Shown here piece by piece: positions 28,889 to 41,760 of a stretch of 64,000 nucleotides of DNA (its first letter is position 1; each line of letters begins with the position of its first letter). Below the pieces are notes generated by a model. The model saw only the letters and a list, made by a program, of their open reading frames with translations, made no database searches and had not been told where the DNA came from. The DNA lies in NCBI RefSeq assembly GCF_009914755.1, contig NC_060925.1, one strand, 5' to 3'. The DNA is from the human T2T-CHM13v2.0 reference genome, Homo sapiens. The position numbers were made by a program, and so were the translations under genes.

Positions 28889-29222
28889 GCAAGTAATATT
28901 TTAAATGATAGAATTTAGATGAGTCATTTACACTAAGTACTTAATTGATCTGAGAAGACAATGTAAGATAGTTTTAAAGTATACTCAGTGCTGACTTTGA
29001 AACGTAGCCAGTAGAGTAACACCAAAAACTTCTGTATCCACCCTGCAATTCTTGTAGTTAGGACATTAATCTCATTTTCTAAAGTTAAAGGAATTCTGAG
29101 AGGCAAAGCTGCATTCTGAAGTGAGTCTGTGGCCCTTTTCTTAATACTCCTGCTCAGTATCCAGATAACAGTTTCTATAACATAAACTCTTTAAAAAAGT
29201 AAAAATGGAAAAATATATTTTT

Positions 29223-29244
29223 TCCCTGGTGGTCTAGTGGTTAG
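29223..29244 (+). pseudogene. 22-nt 5' fragment of tRNA-Glu (truncated retrocopy)
   Basis: TCCCTGGTGGTCTAGTGGTTAG matches the 5' end of mature human tRNA-Glu; followed by agaaaaaaaaaaa. Confidence 0.75.
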
Positions 29245-31489
29245 AGAAAAAAAAAAGTTTTTTATTTTTTACTTCATAAAGAATGGATTAAAAAAAAAAT
29301 TTTAACCCACTTGCATGTATAGTCCAGTTTTGGTCCTCTGGAAGCCACAGGAACATTTCAAAAAAATTGATAATCTGAAAAAATATTTTTTCTGAATTTT
29401 ATTGCGGAAGTAGAAGTTTAACATCATCTAGGCTGAATTTTGCTAGCCATGCTGTTGGCTTTTTGTATTACTGCAACTTATAATGGATAAACATTACTCT
29501 GGATCACTGAAAAATGAGCAAATTGCCATTGCTCACCATTTGGTGAGATTATATTCTCCATAAGAATGGAAAATTTATCGTTGTTGTCTGCTTTTGTAAA
29601 GCTGGTCATTTCATCCTCTCCTCCAGATCATGAATTAATGCTGTCCTTTCCCCTTAAGCCTGGCTTCTTCTGGCAGGTTTCCCCCTAATCACCCGTATAT
29701 GAGCGTTGGCATTATGAGTGTTGTTTCTAATTTTGATAGAAATTGACTGCAGTATATTGAGTTATGTGAACAAACTCATTTCATTTCTGAAATCTGGCAC
29801 TTTTGTTCATTAATTTTCTATTGAATGCTATTAATTTATTTCTACAATGCTTGTTACCCATGAATAATATTTTCAAAAGAAAATCAACACAGAGATAAAA
29901 AGTTTTGTTAACTGAAGGATGCATCAAAGTTCCTTTATTGCCATCAGAGGCAAAAATGAGTAGGTGGGGATGGATGGTTGCCTGGCTGGCTAGTTTGATG
30001 GACTGCTGGCAGAAATTAATGTACCTCTCAAAAGGATTTTAAGCTTCTTTCCACATAGACAGGATATAATGGAAGAAAAACGGTGAGAACCATTATGCCA
30101 AAATGTATTTGATATTCATATTGCTGGGGAATACTTCACTGAGATCAATCAGCTATTTAGCAGCAAAAGAAATTGTTGTGGCATGGCCAAGAGAAGACTC
30201 ATCCCATACTTTCTGAGTACCTTGCTTTTGACATTACTCATCGTAGACACTGAATGACATTTGGACCCCACAGAGGCAGTCTAGTCTATTGTGATTGATT
30301 TCTTCCCACATCTTTAGAGTTACTTGGTTCAGTGATAAATTCAGCTACTCTTTCTTTTCAGTCCTTTTTTTCTTTTTTCTTTGGTCTCTACTTGGTTATC
30401 CATTGCCACTGCCTAATTCATCACCTCCACCCAAATCTCCAACTATTTTGGAGTTATTTTTGTCAGAGATCAGAGTATCCCAGCATCTCACTATCCTCAC
30501 CATTGGAGGATAGATTCTGGCAACTTCTTAGTGAGCATTTTCTCTACATATTTTTAAAGACAAATACATTGCTGGCAGAAACGTCCCAAAGAGTCAAATC
30601 TAGACGATCATTTTCTTGCATCCAAAACAGAGTAGTAGCAAAATAGTAGTTCCTTCCTGATGTGGAACTAATATTTTATCTGACTTTGATTAGACTATGT
30701 ATGTGTTACATCTCACATCAAGACTCACTTGCTGTGCTGATCTGAGTAAGCAAGTGACTGTCTTCCAGCGAAGTATGTTCATCACACTTCTGAGATAGAT
30801 TTGAGCCATGGGTGTAGAAGAGGAGGCTCTGGATATTTCATGACAGCAGTAATTTTCAGACTGTCCTCTGGGTCCCTTCAGTGGATTCACCCCTTCAAGA
30901 CCACCCTTCCTCTTAGGGCAGTGACACCTCTGCCTTTTTTACATATTGGACTTTCCTAAGAAAATTGCAAAGAAACGCTCCTTAAATGGCAGTCTCCCCG
31001 ACTGGAGATTAAAACAACAAAAAAGGAAAGCCTACTTGAAGTCATGCTTGAGGGAAAAGGATGACATTATTTATTCATGACTCAGGAGGAAAGCCCACGC
31101 TTTATAAAAACAGAAATGTCAATCATCTTTCTCATGTAATCTAATCTTAGCAAATAACGAGCATTATATTTTGGGTTGACTTAGTTTTCAGTGTCTTTAA
31201 GCAAAGCTTATAATGGGCTACTATTAAAAGTTCCATTTAGTACTGGTTTGCATCACAGCTTAATTGTAGTCGTTATAAACTTGGGCACTTATTTTCATTT
31301 CAGCAAAATCACAAACATGACCTTAAATTGGTTAGGGGAGTCATTCATTCTGCTGTCCTGATGTCTTTTGTTATTTTGGTTGACTTACTGTGACCAGTGT
31401 GTACTTGTTTGGACTACGGAGTAGTTTTATTTTTCAGAAACTTAAGAAATCATTTACAATCTACTGATCATAATGGGTTTTATTTTTAG

Positions 31490-31570
31490 CCTCCCAAGAA
31501 TGAGTCCTTGGAGACTTACCCAGTGATGAAGTATAACCCAAATGTCCTTCCCGTTCAGTGCACTGGCAAG
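31490..31570 (+). CDS. ATP1B1: ATP1B1 exon 5 ([27 protein letters not shown])
   Basis: Absent from the ORF track; read by hand. Acceptor ttttag at 31488-31489, donor gtaaag at 31571; 81 nt, phase 0-0. Confidence 0.98.
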
Positions 31571-31987
31571 GTAAAGACAAATTTAGGGTTACTGGGGTGG
31601 TGGAAGGGTAGGCAGAGGAAGAGGGGAGAATGAAGAAGACTGTTTAAGTGACAGGTAGAATTTTAATAGAAGAAATAAGAAACATTGCTTTCAAGTATAA
31701 GTCTCAGTGAGATGAATTGTAGCTATACTAGGTAAAACTTTTTAAAAGAACAGAAAGATGTAATCAGAATAAGACTGATGTCAGTTTCTCCACTGGCATA
31801 AGAAACTCAAATATCTGAATTTAATACATTGGGATATTTGCTTATCAGAACTGAGAGGTGAATTAGCCCACAGAAGTACTTTCTGGCCCACAGCATGTAT
31901 TAAAAATTTGGGGCCAACATTAAAAAAAAATTAATGTCACATAAAAATTAGTGGTTTGGGCTTCTCTTTTAAAAATATTGAAATATC

Positions 31988-32292
<305 letters not shown>

Positions 32293-32772
32293 AAGACTAA
32301 GGTAACAATTAGTGCATGTTTCCTTTGGATCCAAAAACTAATGGACCGTTTAGAGAGAAAGGCAGAACAAAGAAAGGGAGTTCCCAGACAGTGCTAGCAC
32401 CAAGCAAGGAAGTGGAGATTGATTTCTCAACAAGAAAATGAGAGGCAAGTAGTAAACTTTGGAGATAATATCACTAGACAGATTATTTACTGGGCCAACA
32501 GCAAGGTGTTTCTGCCTTTCAATGTTGGCCTTGTTTCTAGGAGGCTTGAAGAATGCTTATTTGGCATTTGACTCAGCTTCCCCATCCATTTGCACATTGA
32601 GAATAGTCTCTTCTTATGACCATTTCTCAAGGCTGCAATGGAATAGACTGAGTAGATGTTCTTTCCTCTCTCAGTAGTTTGCAAACTACTGTGTAGATTG
32701 AGTCTTGTTTTTGAGTACACATAGTGATGCATGATGTGAGCCATTAAAATTTCATTTCATTCTGGATTTCAG

Positions 32773-33036
32773 CGAGATGAAGATAAGGATAAAGTTGGAA
32801 ATGTGGAGTATTTTGGACTGGGCAACTCCCCTGGTTTTCCTCTGCAGTATTATCCGTACTATGGCAAACTCCTGCAGCCCAAATACCTGCAGCCCCTGCT
32901 GGCCGTACAGTTCACCAATCTTACCATGGACACTGAAATTCGCATAGAGTGTAAGGCGTACGGTGAGAACATTGGGTACAGTGAGAAAGACCGTTTTCAG
33001 GGACGTTTTGATGTAAAAATTGAAGTTAAGAGCTGA
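32773..33036 (+). CDS. ATP1B1: ATP1B1 exon 6 coding part ([17 protein letters not shown]...[11 protein letters not shown])
   Basis: Acceptor atttcag; TGA at 33034-33036. Total CDS 97+129+156+185+81+264 = 912 nt = 303 aa plus stop. Confidence 0.99.
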   Translation, partial: RDEDKDKVGNVEYFGLGNSPGFPLQYYPYYGKLLQPKYLQPLLAVQFTNLTMDTEIRIECKAYGENIGYSEKDRFQGRFDVKIEVKS

Positions 33037-34205
33037 TCACAAGCACAAATCTTTCCCACTAGCCATTTAATAAGTTAAAAAAAGATACAAAAACAAAAAC
33101 CTACTAGTCTTGAACAAACTGTCATACGTATGGGACCTACACTTAATCTATATGCTTTACACTAGCTTTCTGCATTTAATAGGTTAGAATGTAAATTAAA
33201 GTGTAGCAATAGCAACAAAATATTTATTCTACTGTAAATGACAAAAGAAAAAGAAAAATTGAGCCTTGGGACGTGCCCATTTTTACTGTAAATTATGATT
33301 CCGTAACTGACTTGTAGTAAGCAGTGTTTCTGGCCCCTAAGTATTGCTGCCTTGTGTATTTTATTTAGTGTACAGTACTACAGGTGCATACTCTGGTCAT
33401 TTTTCAAGCCATGTTTTATTGTATCTGTTTTCTACTTTATGTGAGCAAGGTTTGCTGTCCAAGGTGTAAATATTCAACGGGAATAAAACTGGCATGGTAA
33501 TTTTTTTTTTTTTTTTTTTTTTTGTTTTTTGGCTCTTTCAAAGGTAATGGCCCATCGATGAGCATTTTTAACATACTCCATAGTCTTTTCCTGTGGTGTT
33601 AGGTCTTTATTTTTATTTTTTTCCTGGGGGCTGGGGTGGGGGTTTGTCATGGGGGAACTGCCCTTTAAATTTTAAGTGACACTACAGAAAAACACAAAAA
33701 GGTGATGGGTTGTGTTATGCTTGTATTGAATGCTGTCTTGACATCTCTTGCCTTGTCCTCCGGTATGTTCTAAAGCTGTGTCTGAGATCTGGATCTGCCC
33801 ATCACTTTGGCTAGTGACAGGGCTAATTAATTTGCTTTATACATTTTCTTTTACTTTCCTTTTTTCCTTTCTGGAGGCATCACATGCTGGTGCTGTGTCT
33901 TTATGAATGTTTTAACCATTTTCATGGTGGAAGAATTTTATATTTATGCAGTTGTACAATTTTATTTTTTTCTGCAAGAAAAAGTGTAATGTATGAAATA
34001 AACCAAAGTCACTTGTTTGAAAATAAATCTTTATTTTGAACTTTATAAAAAGCAATGCAGTACCCCATAGACTGGTGTTAAATGTTGTCTACAGTGCAAA
34101 ATCCATGTTCTAACATATGTAATAATTGCCAGGAGTACAGTGCTCTTGTTGATCTTGTATTCAGTCAGGTTAAAACAACGGACAATAAAAGAATGAACAC
34201 ATTCC
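33037..34205 (+). terminator. ATP1B1: ATP1B1 3' UTR with tandem poly(A) signals: ATTAAA 33195, AATAAA 33482, 33997, 34022, 34184
   Basis: Hexamers read directly; AU-rich sequence; GU-rich cgtgtgtg after the last signal. End position estimated. Confidence 0.85.
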
Positions 34206-34266
34206 TCGTGTGTGATTCACTCTTGTCTAAATGTCCCAACCTGTGACTTCTTTACTTTCCACACCA
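34010..34266 (-). terminator. NME7: NME7 3' UTR with poly(A) signal (TTTATT at 34030-34035 = AATAAA on the - strand)
   Basis: First canonical hexamer found downstream of the NME7 stop on the - strand; cleavage site estimated. Confidence 0.75.
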
Positions 34267-34299
34267 CTAATTATCCAAGATCTTGAAGAAGTATTGAAC
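34267..34299 (-). CDS. NME7: NME7 (nucleoside diphosphate kinase 7) last coding exon: VQYFFKILDN*
   Basis: Reverse complement reads ttctccgtttcag|GTT CAA TAC TTC TTC AAG ATC TTG GAT AAT TAG; matches the NME7 C-terminus as I know it and the known tail-to-tail arrangement with ATP1B1. Confidence 0.92.
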   Translation of the reverse strand, partial: VQYFFKILDN

Positions 34300-36375
34300 C
34301 TGAAACGGAGAAACACATAATTTCTTAGTTCAGACAAATTTTGGTCTTTTCCACTTAACAGAGTCCAAGAGGTTGGTCAGGACTTCAGACACTGGCATAC
34401 CCCTTCCCAAAGACACTAAAAGTTAATCAATCAATCAGAGGCAGAGAATCGATGAAGCTCCAGTTTGAAGTTCCATTTAAAAAAATCATCTTGCAGTGCT
34501 ACTGCTACTTCACTCAGTTTAGAAAACATGAAGTGTTGGTTCCTGCTATTGCTTCACTAGACATATGTGTTAAAAAAAAAAGTTGTTAGCACTTCAGTTT
34601 TTAAAAAATGAGGTTAGGTTTGTGGTTCAGTAAATTAAGGTTCATACCTTGCTTTTTGGTTCAGGGATTGGCCTAAGTCCTTATTTAGCTGTATTTAAAA
34701 ATTAGCCTTAGTGTGAAAGAAGATAAAAAAGCTTTCCAAAAAACATTTTCCAGCTATAATTATTAAAGATTTAGTATCACTTAACTAACATGGGAAATGC
34801 CCACACTAAAATCAGGGCATTGTATTTCTGAAACGGAAACCTTTCGCAAAGCCTGTGCAGGCAGAGGAGCTCACACACATCCTTGACGTGGCACTGTGTC
34901 TTCAGGGGTGCTGCCCTCTTACAGAGAGACAGATCTGGAGGCCATGGCCGTTTTGGTGAGAAATGCCAGAAACAGCTTCAGTTTCCACCTACTGCTTCAT
35001 ATTTATAATCACAGTAATCTATTTCTCGTTTTGCTATTTCTAGAGCAACAAATTGTGTGATGCGAAATTAGTACCAGAGGAACAATGACTCCACTTAACA
35101 AAAAAATAGCAAGGGAACTATGAAAAATGGCACAACTGCTTAACTTTAATAGTTGAAGTCTTTAGGAGACTTCAGTAGTTGAAATGACACAGAAAAATCC
35201 TCAAACTAACATACCTACATGAAACTGAGTTTCTCAAAGTAACCCACATTTATGGAAATAGAAGTTTGTCTTGCAGAAACATCAGCTCATTTTGTAAGGT
35301 GTATGTGATATTTAAATTTGTGATGCTTGTGAATAAGGGAATGGGGCTTTAGGTCTGAGGAAAGGGGAGCATTCATTCAAACTGGAGGGTATTTTGCATT
35401 TTTAAGGCTGCTATAAGGTCACGACCTTGGTGAGACTTAACCTGTTTTCGTATGTATTGTGTACTTTCTGTTCTAAGCCATTGTGTGTGTCTGTAACTTT
35501 CTCCAAGATTCTCTCCAAATCTTGCTTCTCTTAATTTCTCCAGATTGTGCCAACCTATTTCCCACTCCTGATCTTTAGTGTTATATCACCACTAGGAGAC
35601 TGGGGAATGTGGTTTGTGTTCTTAGACTCAACAGATACCTACCATATGCCAAGCATTCTTCTAACAGCTAGTGAGAGATCTATCAGTGAACAAAACAGAC
35701 AAAACTCCATCTTTTTTCCTCTGCTGCTCATATTCTAGTGTTAACCATTTGCATATTTCTCAGACTCTTCAATACATTTATTATTTCTTTTTAATCAGTT
35801 TATTCTGACCCTCAGTAGATGACATATTTCATGGGTGTAGGGACAGTGCCATCTATCTCCCTTGGGGTGTTCTTACATTCAAGAAATGGGTTTTCACACA
35901 AGTCCTGTCAAATACTTAATTCCTTACACAATATAAAGGGATTGAGTTTTTCAAAGATAGGCTGACTACTTGGAATGAAAAGCATTTAAATACTGAAGAG
36001 AGAAAAAGGATTCTCTTTTCAACCCTTCATATTCTCGGAAGGAAAACTGAAATACCGAGTTAGTATGTCCTCAACCCTGGTTAATTTCCCTTGCAAACAA
36101 AGAGGGACAGGCCTTGGTGTCAGAAGCTTTGCCATAAGATGTTACCTAGCTAGGATTTTTAAACTGGTTTTCATTGTATTTTATTACCTTCAATTAAGAA
36201 TAGTTTAAAACAAGTAGTTTTCCATTTATAGCAGTAAAATAAATTTGTTCAAGTATAGCACTGAATGGATTTAAAGAAAAATAGTAAAATTTCAGGTGGT
36301 AAATATGATAAAAAGCATGGAAGTGATAAATGGTTGGCTAAAATTTAGGACTCTGCTTGACAGTATAGCATTTTA

Positions 36376-36680
36376 GGCCAGGCACAGTGGCTCATGCCTG
36401 TATCCTAACACTTTAAGAGTCTGAGGTTGGAGGATCACTTGAGCCCAGGAGTTCAAGATCAGCCTAGACAACATAAGGAGATCCCCCCGTCTCTACAAAA
36501 AAAAAAAAAAAAAAAAAAAAAAATAGCCGAGCATGGTGGTACACGCCTGTGATCTCAGCTACTTGGACGTCTGGGGTGGTAGGACAGCTTGAGTCCAGGA
36601 GGTTCAAGTCTTCAAGGCTTCGGTAAGCCTGGGCAACAGAGTGAGACCCTGTCTTGAAAAACAAAAACAAAAAAAACAAC
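36376..36680 (+). mobile_element. AluJ SINE
   Basis: Diverged Alu with expanded mid-A tract. Confidence 0.9.
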
Positions 36681-38666
36681 CAAAAACGGCATTACCCAGA
36701 ACCTATCTACTTTAGAACAATAGCATGCCCTGTCTGCTCCAGCTGCACCTAATACCAGAGGGAACTGCTCCAACTCCAAATTAAAAACATTATCAGTGAT
36801 CAGAAACAAAAGTTCCGTTATGAGAACCTTTCAAAGCTCAGTAATAGCTTAAACTCCTGGCTTCTTAAAGGATTAGTAACACTTTGATATCTGTGTATAT
36901 TTGGCTCACAGAGGAGAACCAAATAACATTACCTTGAAAATCTAGGACTAAGGGACCTTATGAATACAGAGGGAAACTATCCAAGGAACAGACAATAGCA
37001 GTTTTAATTGAGTGAATAAAGTGATCTTGGTTTCAAATTCAACTGAGAAAACATGACTTTCTCCTTTTTTCTTTAAGAGGGGGCTACTGTTAACCAGACA
37101 TGTTATCTGTAGTCCCCTGGGCTCTACACTGAGAAAGATGATCAAGAAATAGATAAGCCTGTTATTCTTCCAACCGATGGTTCCAATGAGCACCCATATC
37201 CTAGTCATGTGAAACAAAGGGGTGAAACAAGGCGGGTATCTTGGTTCATGCTTTAATTCTCTATTTTTCTCTGAGGGACTTTCAGCATCAGTCCTTTCTG
37301 AGGGATTAAGTATCTTACTAAGGTGTTGACTCTTATTGACTACAGAATTCAGCTCTTTCATTTAGTCACAAAGGCATCCTAGACCCTAAGAGAATGCCCA
37401 TATTGTAGTAAAGCATACTATCTGTAGCTAGCTTTATCACAAAGCCTTTACAAAACTTGGATTTCATAAAATCATAGGCGGCCTCTAGGGCTATCTTTTC
37501 CAAGGAGACACATACATTCCCCCTTAGTGTTGACCCTATACAGACCAGGCAGGAGGTGACACGGGTTAATTTAAAACAGCCAGCCACATATATCGGGCAC
37601 AGCCAGTGCCCGATATAGTCATTACTTGGTCTGTCTTTTGGAGTGCTTCAAGGAGTATGGAACAATCCTGCAGGAATAGGACATAGGATCCTTTCCTTTT
37701 GATAAGGAGCAGGGGTTCTGAAATAACCAGCAGGTAAAGATTAGGCCTTGGGGAGGTTCTGATGAGTCTGCTTTGGAGCCTCTAGACAGCAAGAGAATAG
37801 TATAATAGTATAATACAACTCAGGTTATACTGCAGAAAATGAAACATAATAGATGGAGAAGTCCATGCCTACCATAAACGTTTGAAACCTTTGCCTAGAG
37901 CAGGCCTTTCTTTTCTTTCATTTGCAAATTTCTCCTGAGCCACCTGCTATGTACCCAGCACTGACAATGAAATGTTGGGGTGGGGTAGAGGTAGGGGGTC
38001 ACAGGGGAGTGTCCAAACACACTAGGTCCTCATGAAATTTTTACTTTTGTACTTCTAAACGTCTTACATGGTCTAAACTATTCTCATCGATACCACTTCC
38101 TTCCCCTCCTTCTTCTGCCATTCATGTAACATATTCAACATATCCAACGGATAATGATACTTGACTACCTATAAGATTAAGTTGAAGGCTCGTTCTGTCT
38201 TTATCACCATTAAATTTAAATAAGAACAATAGCTTACATTTATTTACTACTTTATAGTGCATAGTCTAATTTCACATATAAATCTCATTTCCTTCCCAAT
38301 AGCTTTGTGAAGCTTGTTATTCTTTCATTAGTGTATCAGACACTTTAGAGGTGGAATGCAGGCATCTATTTTCCAATGGTTTTTAATGTTGATTGAGTAT
38401 CAGAAATGCCTATGGAGTTATATTTTCTTTTAAATAAGAGTACAGATGTGCTTGAACACTTAGAGAATCTATCGCACAGTTGTGGAATTCCAGCACCAAA
38501 TTAAAATATGTGTGCCTGTGTCACTACACTAGATTTTTGGATAAAATCTAGTCAGTTTGATTGAAGTGCAATTTTGTTAGTGTTCCAATAATATGATACT
38601 GAGTTTTAAATATATCAGTGTATTTAGTAGATGACCAACTTTCAACTCACTTGGGCCCCTTACAGC

Positions 38667-38810
38667 CAAGGCTGGCTGCATGGGCCTGCAGTCTGTGCAC
38701 GGGGCCACATGCCTAGAAGAGCCTTGTGTTTGGTTTAATGCTCTGCTGCTGCTGTCTTGAAATTCTTAATGAATTTTGAAAAAAAGGCCTGACATTTTTA
38801 TTCTGCACCA
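38667..38810 (+). mobile_element. MER45A-like hAT element
   Basis: ttggtttaatgctctgctg..gtcttgaaattcttaat..ttttgaa matches the MER45A core. Confidence 0.7.
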
Positions 38811-39510
38811 GTTCTGCTTAAAGCCAAGGGCGTCTACTGTAGGGTTGCTTTAGCATGGTTGTCCTAATGACTGAATGAAAAATGTGGTTGAAAAGGCTGC
38901 TTTTAAAATAAGCAATGAACAGATCGATGGTTGAGAGTTGGGCGGGTTGGGGAAGGTGCAGGGTGAGGCAGATTATGGAAGGTGTGAGCTGGCAGACTCA
39001 GCGGGCATGGAACAGAGGCCCTGTGATGGCGCTCTGCAGCCTTGGGCAGGGGTGAGGAGGGGAGGGCTTATGCTGTGGGGATGGCAAGAGGCAGCTACCA
39101 GTAGGGGATGCACATGTGAGCCTTGAATGAACCTTTGCTGGGCTCCCTTTCCCTTTTTGTCTTCCCTCTCCAAGGCACTACTTACTTTTCAGCTCCCAAA
39201 ATATGGGGCTCAGAAGTGGTCAATAGTGAGGAAAGGAGTGGTAACTGAAAGAAGTCTAGGGTTCTCTGGGTGGAAAGACTCAGAGGAAACATTCAAACCT
39301 TGATAGAAAGGAGATGAAAAATCCATCCTTGCCTATTGTTGTAGCTATAGAACCCCAAAAGCCCTTGGGCTGCAGATGTACCCCCCACAAATCTATTTAT
39401 GGTCTAATTAAAAAATTAAGTTGAACTTAATCATAACAGTGTCTTCTTCAGATATGCTTATCTTCTCCGTAGGTTTAGTTGACATATTTGAAATGTTTTA
39501 AGACTAAATG

Positions 39511-39834
<324 letters not shown>

Positions 39835-39908
39835 TCACATTAAAATGACTATACATTTTTCTAATTCTGGAAACCCAATGTCTTCAGAGTTCTCTTTTAA
39901 AAACCTCA

Positions 39909-40205
<297 letters not shown>

Positions 40206-40603
40206 TATATATAGATATGTATATATGAAATTAAAAACTCAAAAGATAAAAACCTCTTGATTCCTCTGACTGCCACCCACTAAGGAGAAAATTCCCTTTT
40301 AAAAGCTGGAAGGTAATTATATCTCAGCCCAGAGTAGAGTGGTGCTGACTTTTCTCTTTATGGAAAATATTTACCTTCTTTGCTAATATAACTAAAGGCT
40401 ACAACTTTCCATAAATTCATCATAAAATTGTGTTTCATGACTCATCATTATCTAGCCCCTTTTGCCTCGAAGATGGTTTTGGTTGTAACTGGTATCTCCC
40501 CAGTCTCTCAAAATATGAACAGATGTTTGTTGCTTCTGTTCCCTTCTCCTCCCTACCTGTAATGATTAAAAAGGTATTCTCTGAGAGTTTTCTCATCTCA
40601 GTG

Positions 40604-40684
40604 TGAACTTAGTCATAACAGTAACTTCTTAGTCATAACAGTATCTTCTTAGTCATAACAGTATCTTCTTCAGATATGCTTATC
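40604..40684. repeat. Three tandem 20-bp units, also copied once at 39422-39462
   Basis: (cttagtcataacagta(a/t)ctt)x3 followed by cttcagatatgcttatc. Confidence 0.92.
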
Positions 40685-40719
40685 GGTCAATTTTTCCATA
40701 TTTATATTTTAAATTTTAC

Positions 40720-41140
40720 TCTTAAAAAATGAAGTTCTTGCTACATACCAAATGCTTTAACAGATTATTGTGTGTAATCCTTACAACCACCTTTATGACA
40801 TTGGTATTATTAGTCCCATTTTCAGTTCATGAGACTCAAGTTTTTTGAGCTAATAATTTGCCTAAAGACATATCACTTTGTTAAATGTCTCTGGTTCAGC
40901 CTGTGCTGGTTCAGAGCTCACACTAGGGATGTAGCCTGGCTGTTGGAATTTGACTCCTAGCCCTGCCATCTCCTGGCCAGGTAACCTTGAGCAAGTTACT
41001 TAACTTCTTTGTTCCTCAGATTCCACATCTATAATGTAACAATACCTACTATGTAGGTTTGTTGTGAAGTTTAAATGAGGAATTATATGGAAGACATTTA
41101 AAATAGTGTCCAGCATAAATATTGCATAATAAATATCACT
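40720..41140. mobile_element. Two opposed MIR SINEs
   Basis: Reverse MIR (taatccttacaacc..tattattagtcccattt) followed by forward MIR (accttgagcaagttacttaacttc..gtttaaatgag). Confidence 0.65.
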
Positions 41141-41289
41141 ATTATTGGTTTCCAAATATTCTCCTAATGTTATGGCCCATCCTGCTGTATGTCACTGAAC
41201 CCAAGTATCTCTGAATAACTCCATCAAGTGCTGACAGCCAGAACTGTCAATTCCAGCTTATCAGATGATAGCATACATAATTATTCAAG

Positions 41290-41760
41290 TCATGAACAGC
41301 AGAGGCAGACTAAGAAAACTTTGAAAACTAAGATAGTAAACAGACGTGAGAACCAAATGCAATATGTGATCCCTGACTGGATCCTGAACCAGAAACTATT
41401 TTTCTTCTTTTGCCACAGAAGACATTTGTGGGTAAAAAATGAAGGTCTGTACCTTGATAATAGTATCGTATTAATGTTAACTTCTTGATTCGCAATCACT
41501 TTCTGTGGTGACTGTAGATAATATCAGTGTTTTTAGGAAATATACACTGAAGTATTGAGAGATAAAGGGGAATTACATCTATAACATACTGTTAAATATT
41601 ATAAATAATTAAATTCATATGTACAGAAAGACAGAAGAAAGGATGATTAACATGGTAAAATATTAACATTTGGCAAATATAGGTAAAGGGCTTGTGGAAA
41701 GTATTTTTTTAAACTTTTCTATAAGTCTGAAATTATTTCAAAATGGAATGATAAAAATAT
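41290..41760 (+). mobile_element. Old L1 (L1MC/ME) 3' end
   Basis: aaatgcaatatgtgatccctgactggatcctgaaccaga..ggaaatatacactgaagtatt..tctataagtctgaaattatttcaaaat. Confidence 0.7.

Noticed and set aside
33034-33042. Stop-codon read-through of ATP1B1
   Set aside because: The context is TGA-TCA, not the leaky TGA-CTAG motif; there is no supporting evidence.
39015-39110. CTCF-like words (gccctgtgatggcgctc, ccagtaggggatgc) in a GC-rich patch
   Set aside because: Each mismatches core positions and cannot be supported without a PWM scan or ChIP data.
40604-40684. CRISPR-like short repeat array
   Set aside because: The units are contiguous with no unique spacers, there are no cas genes, and the context is a human intron.
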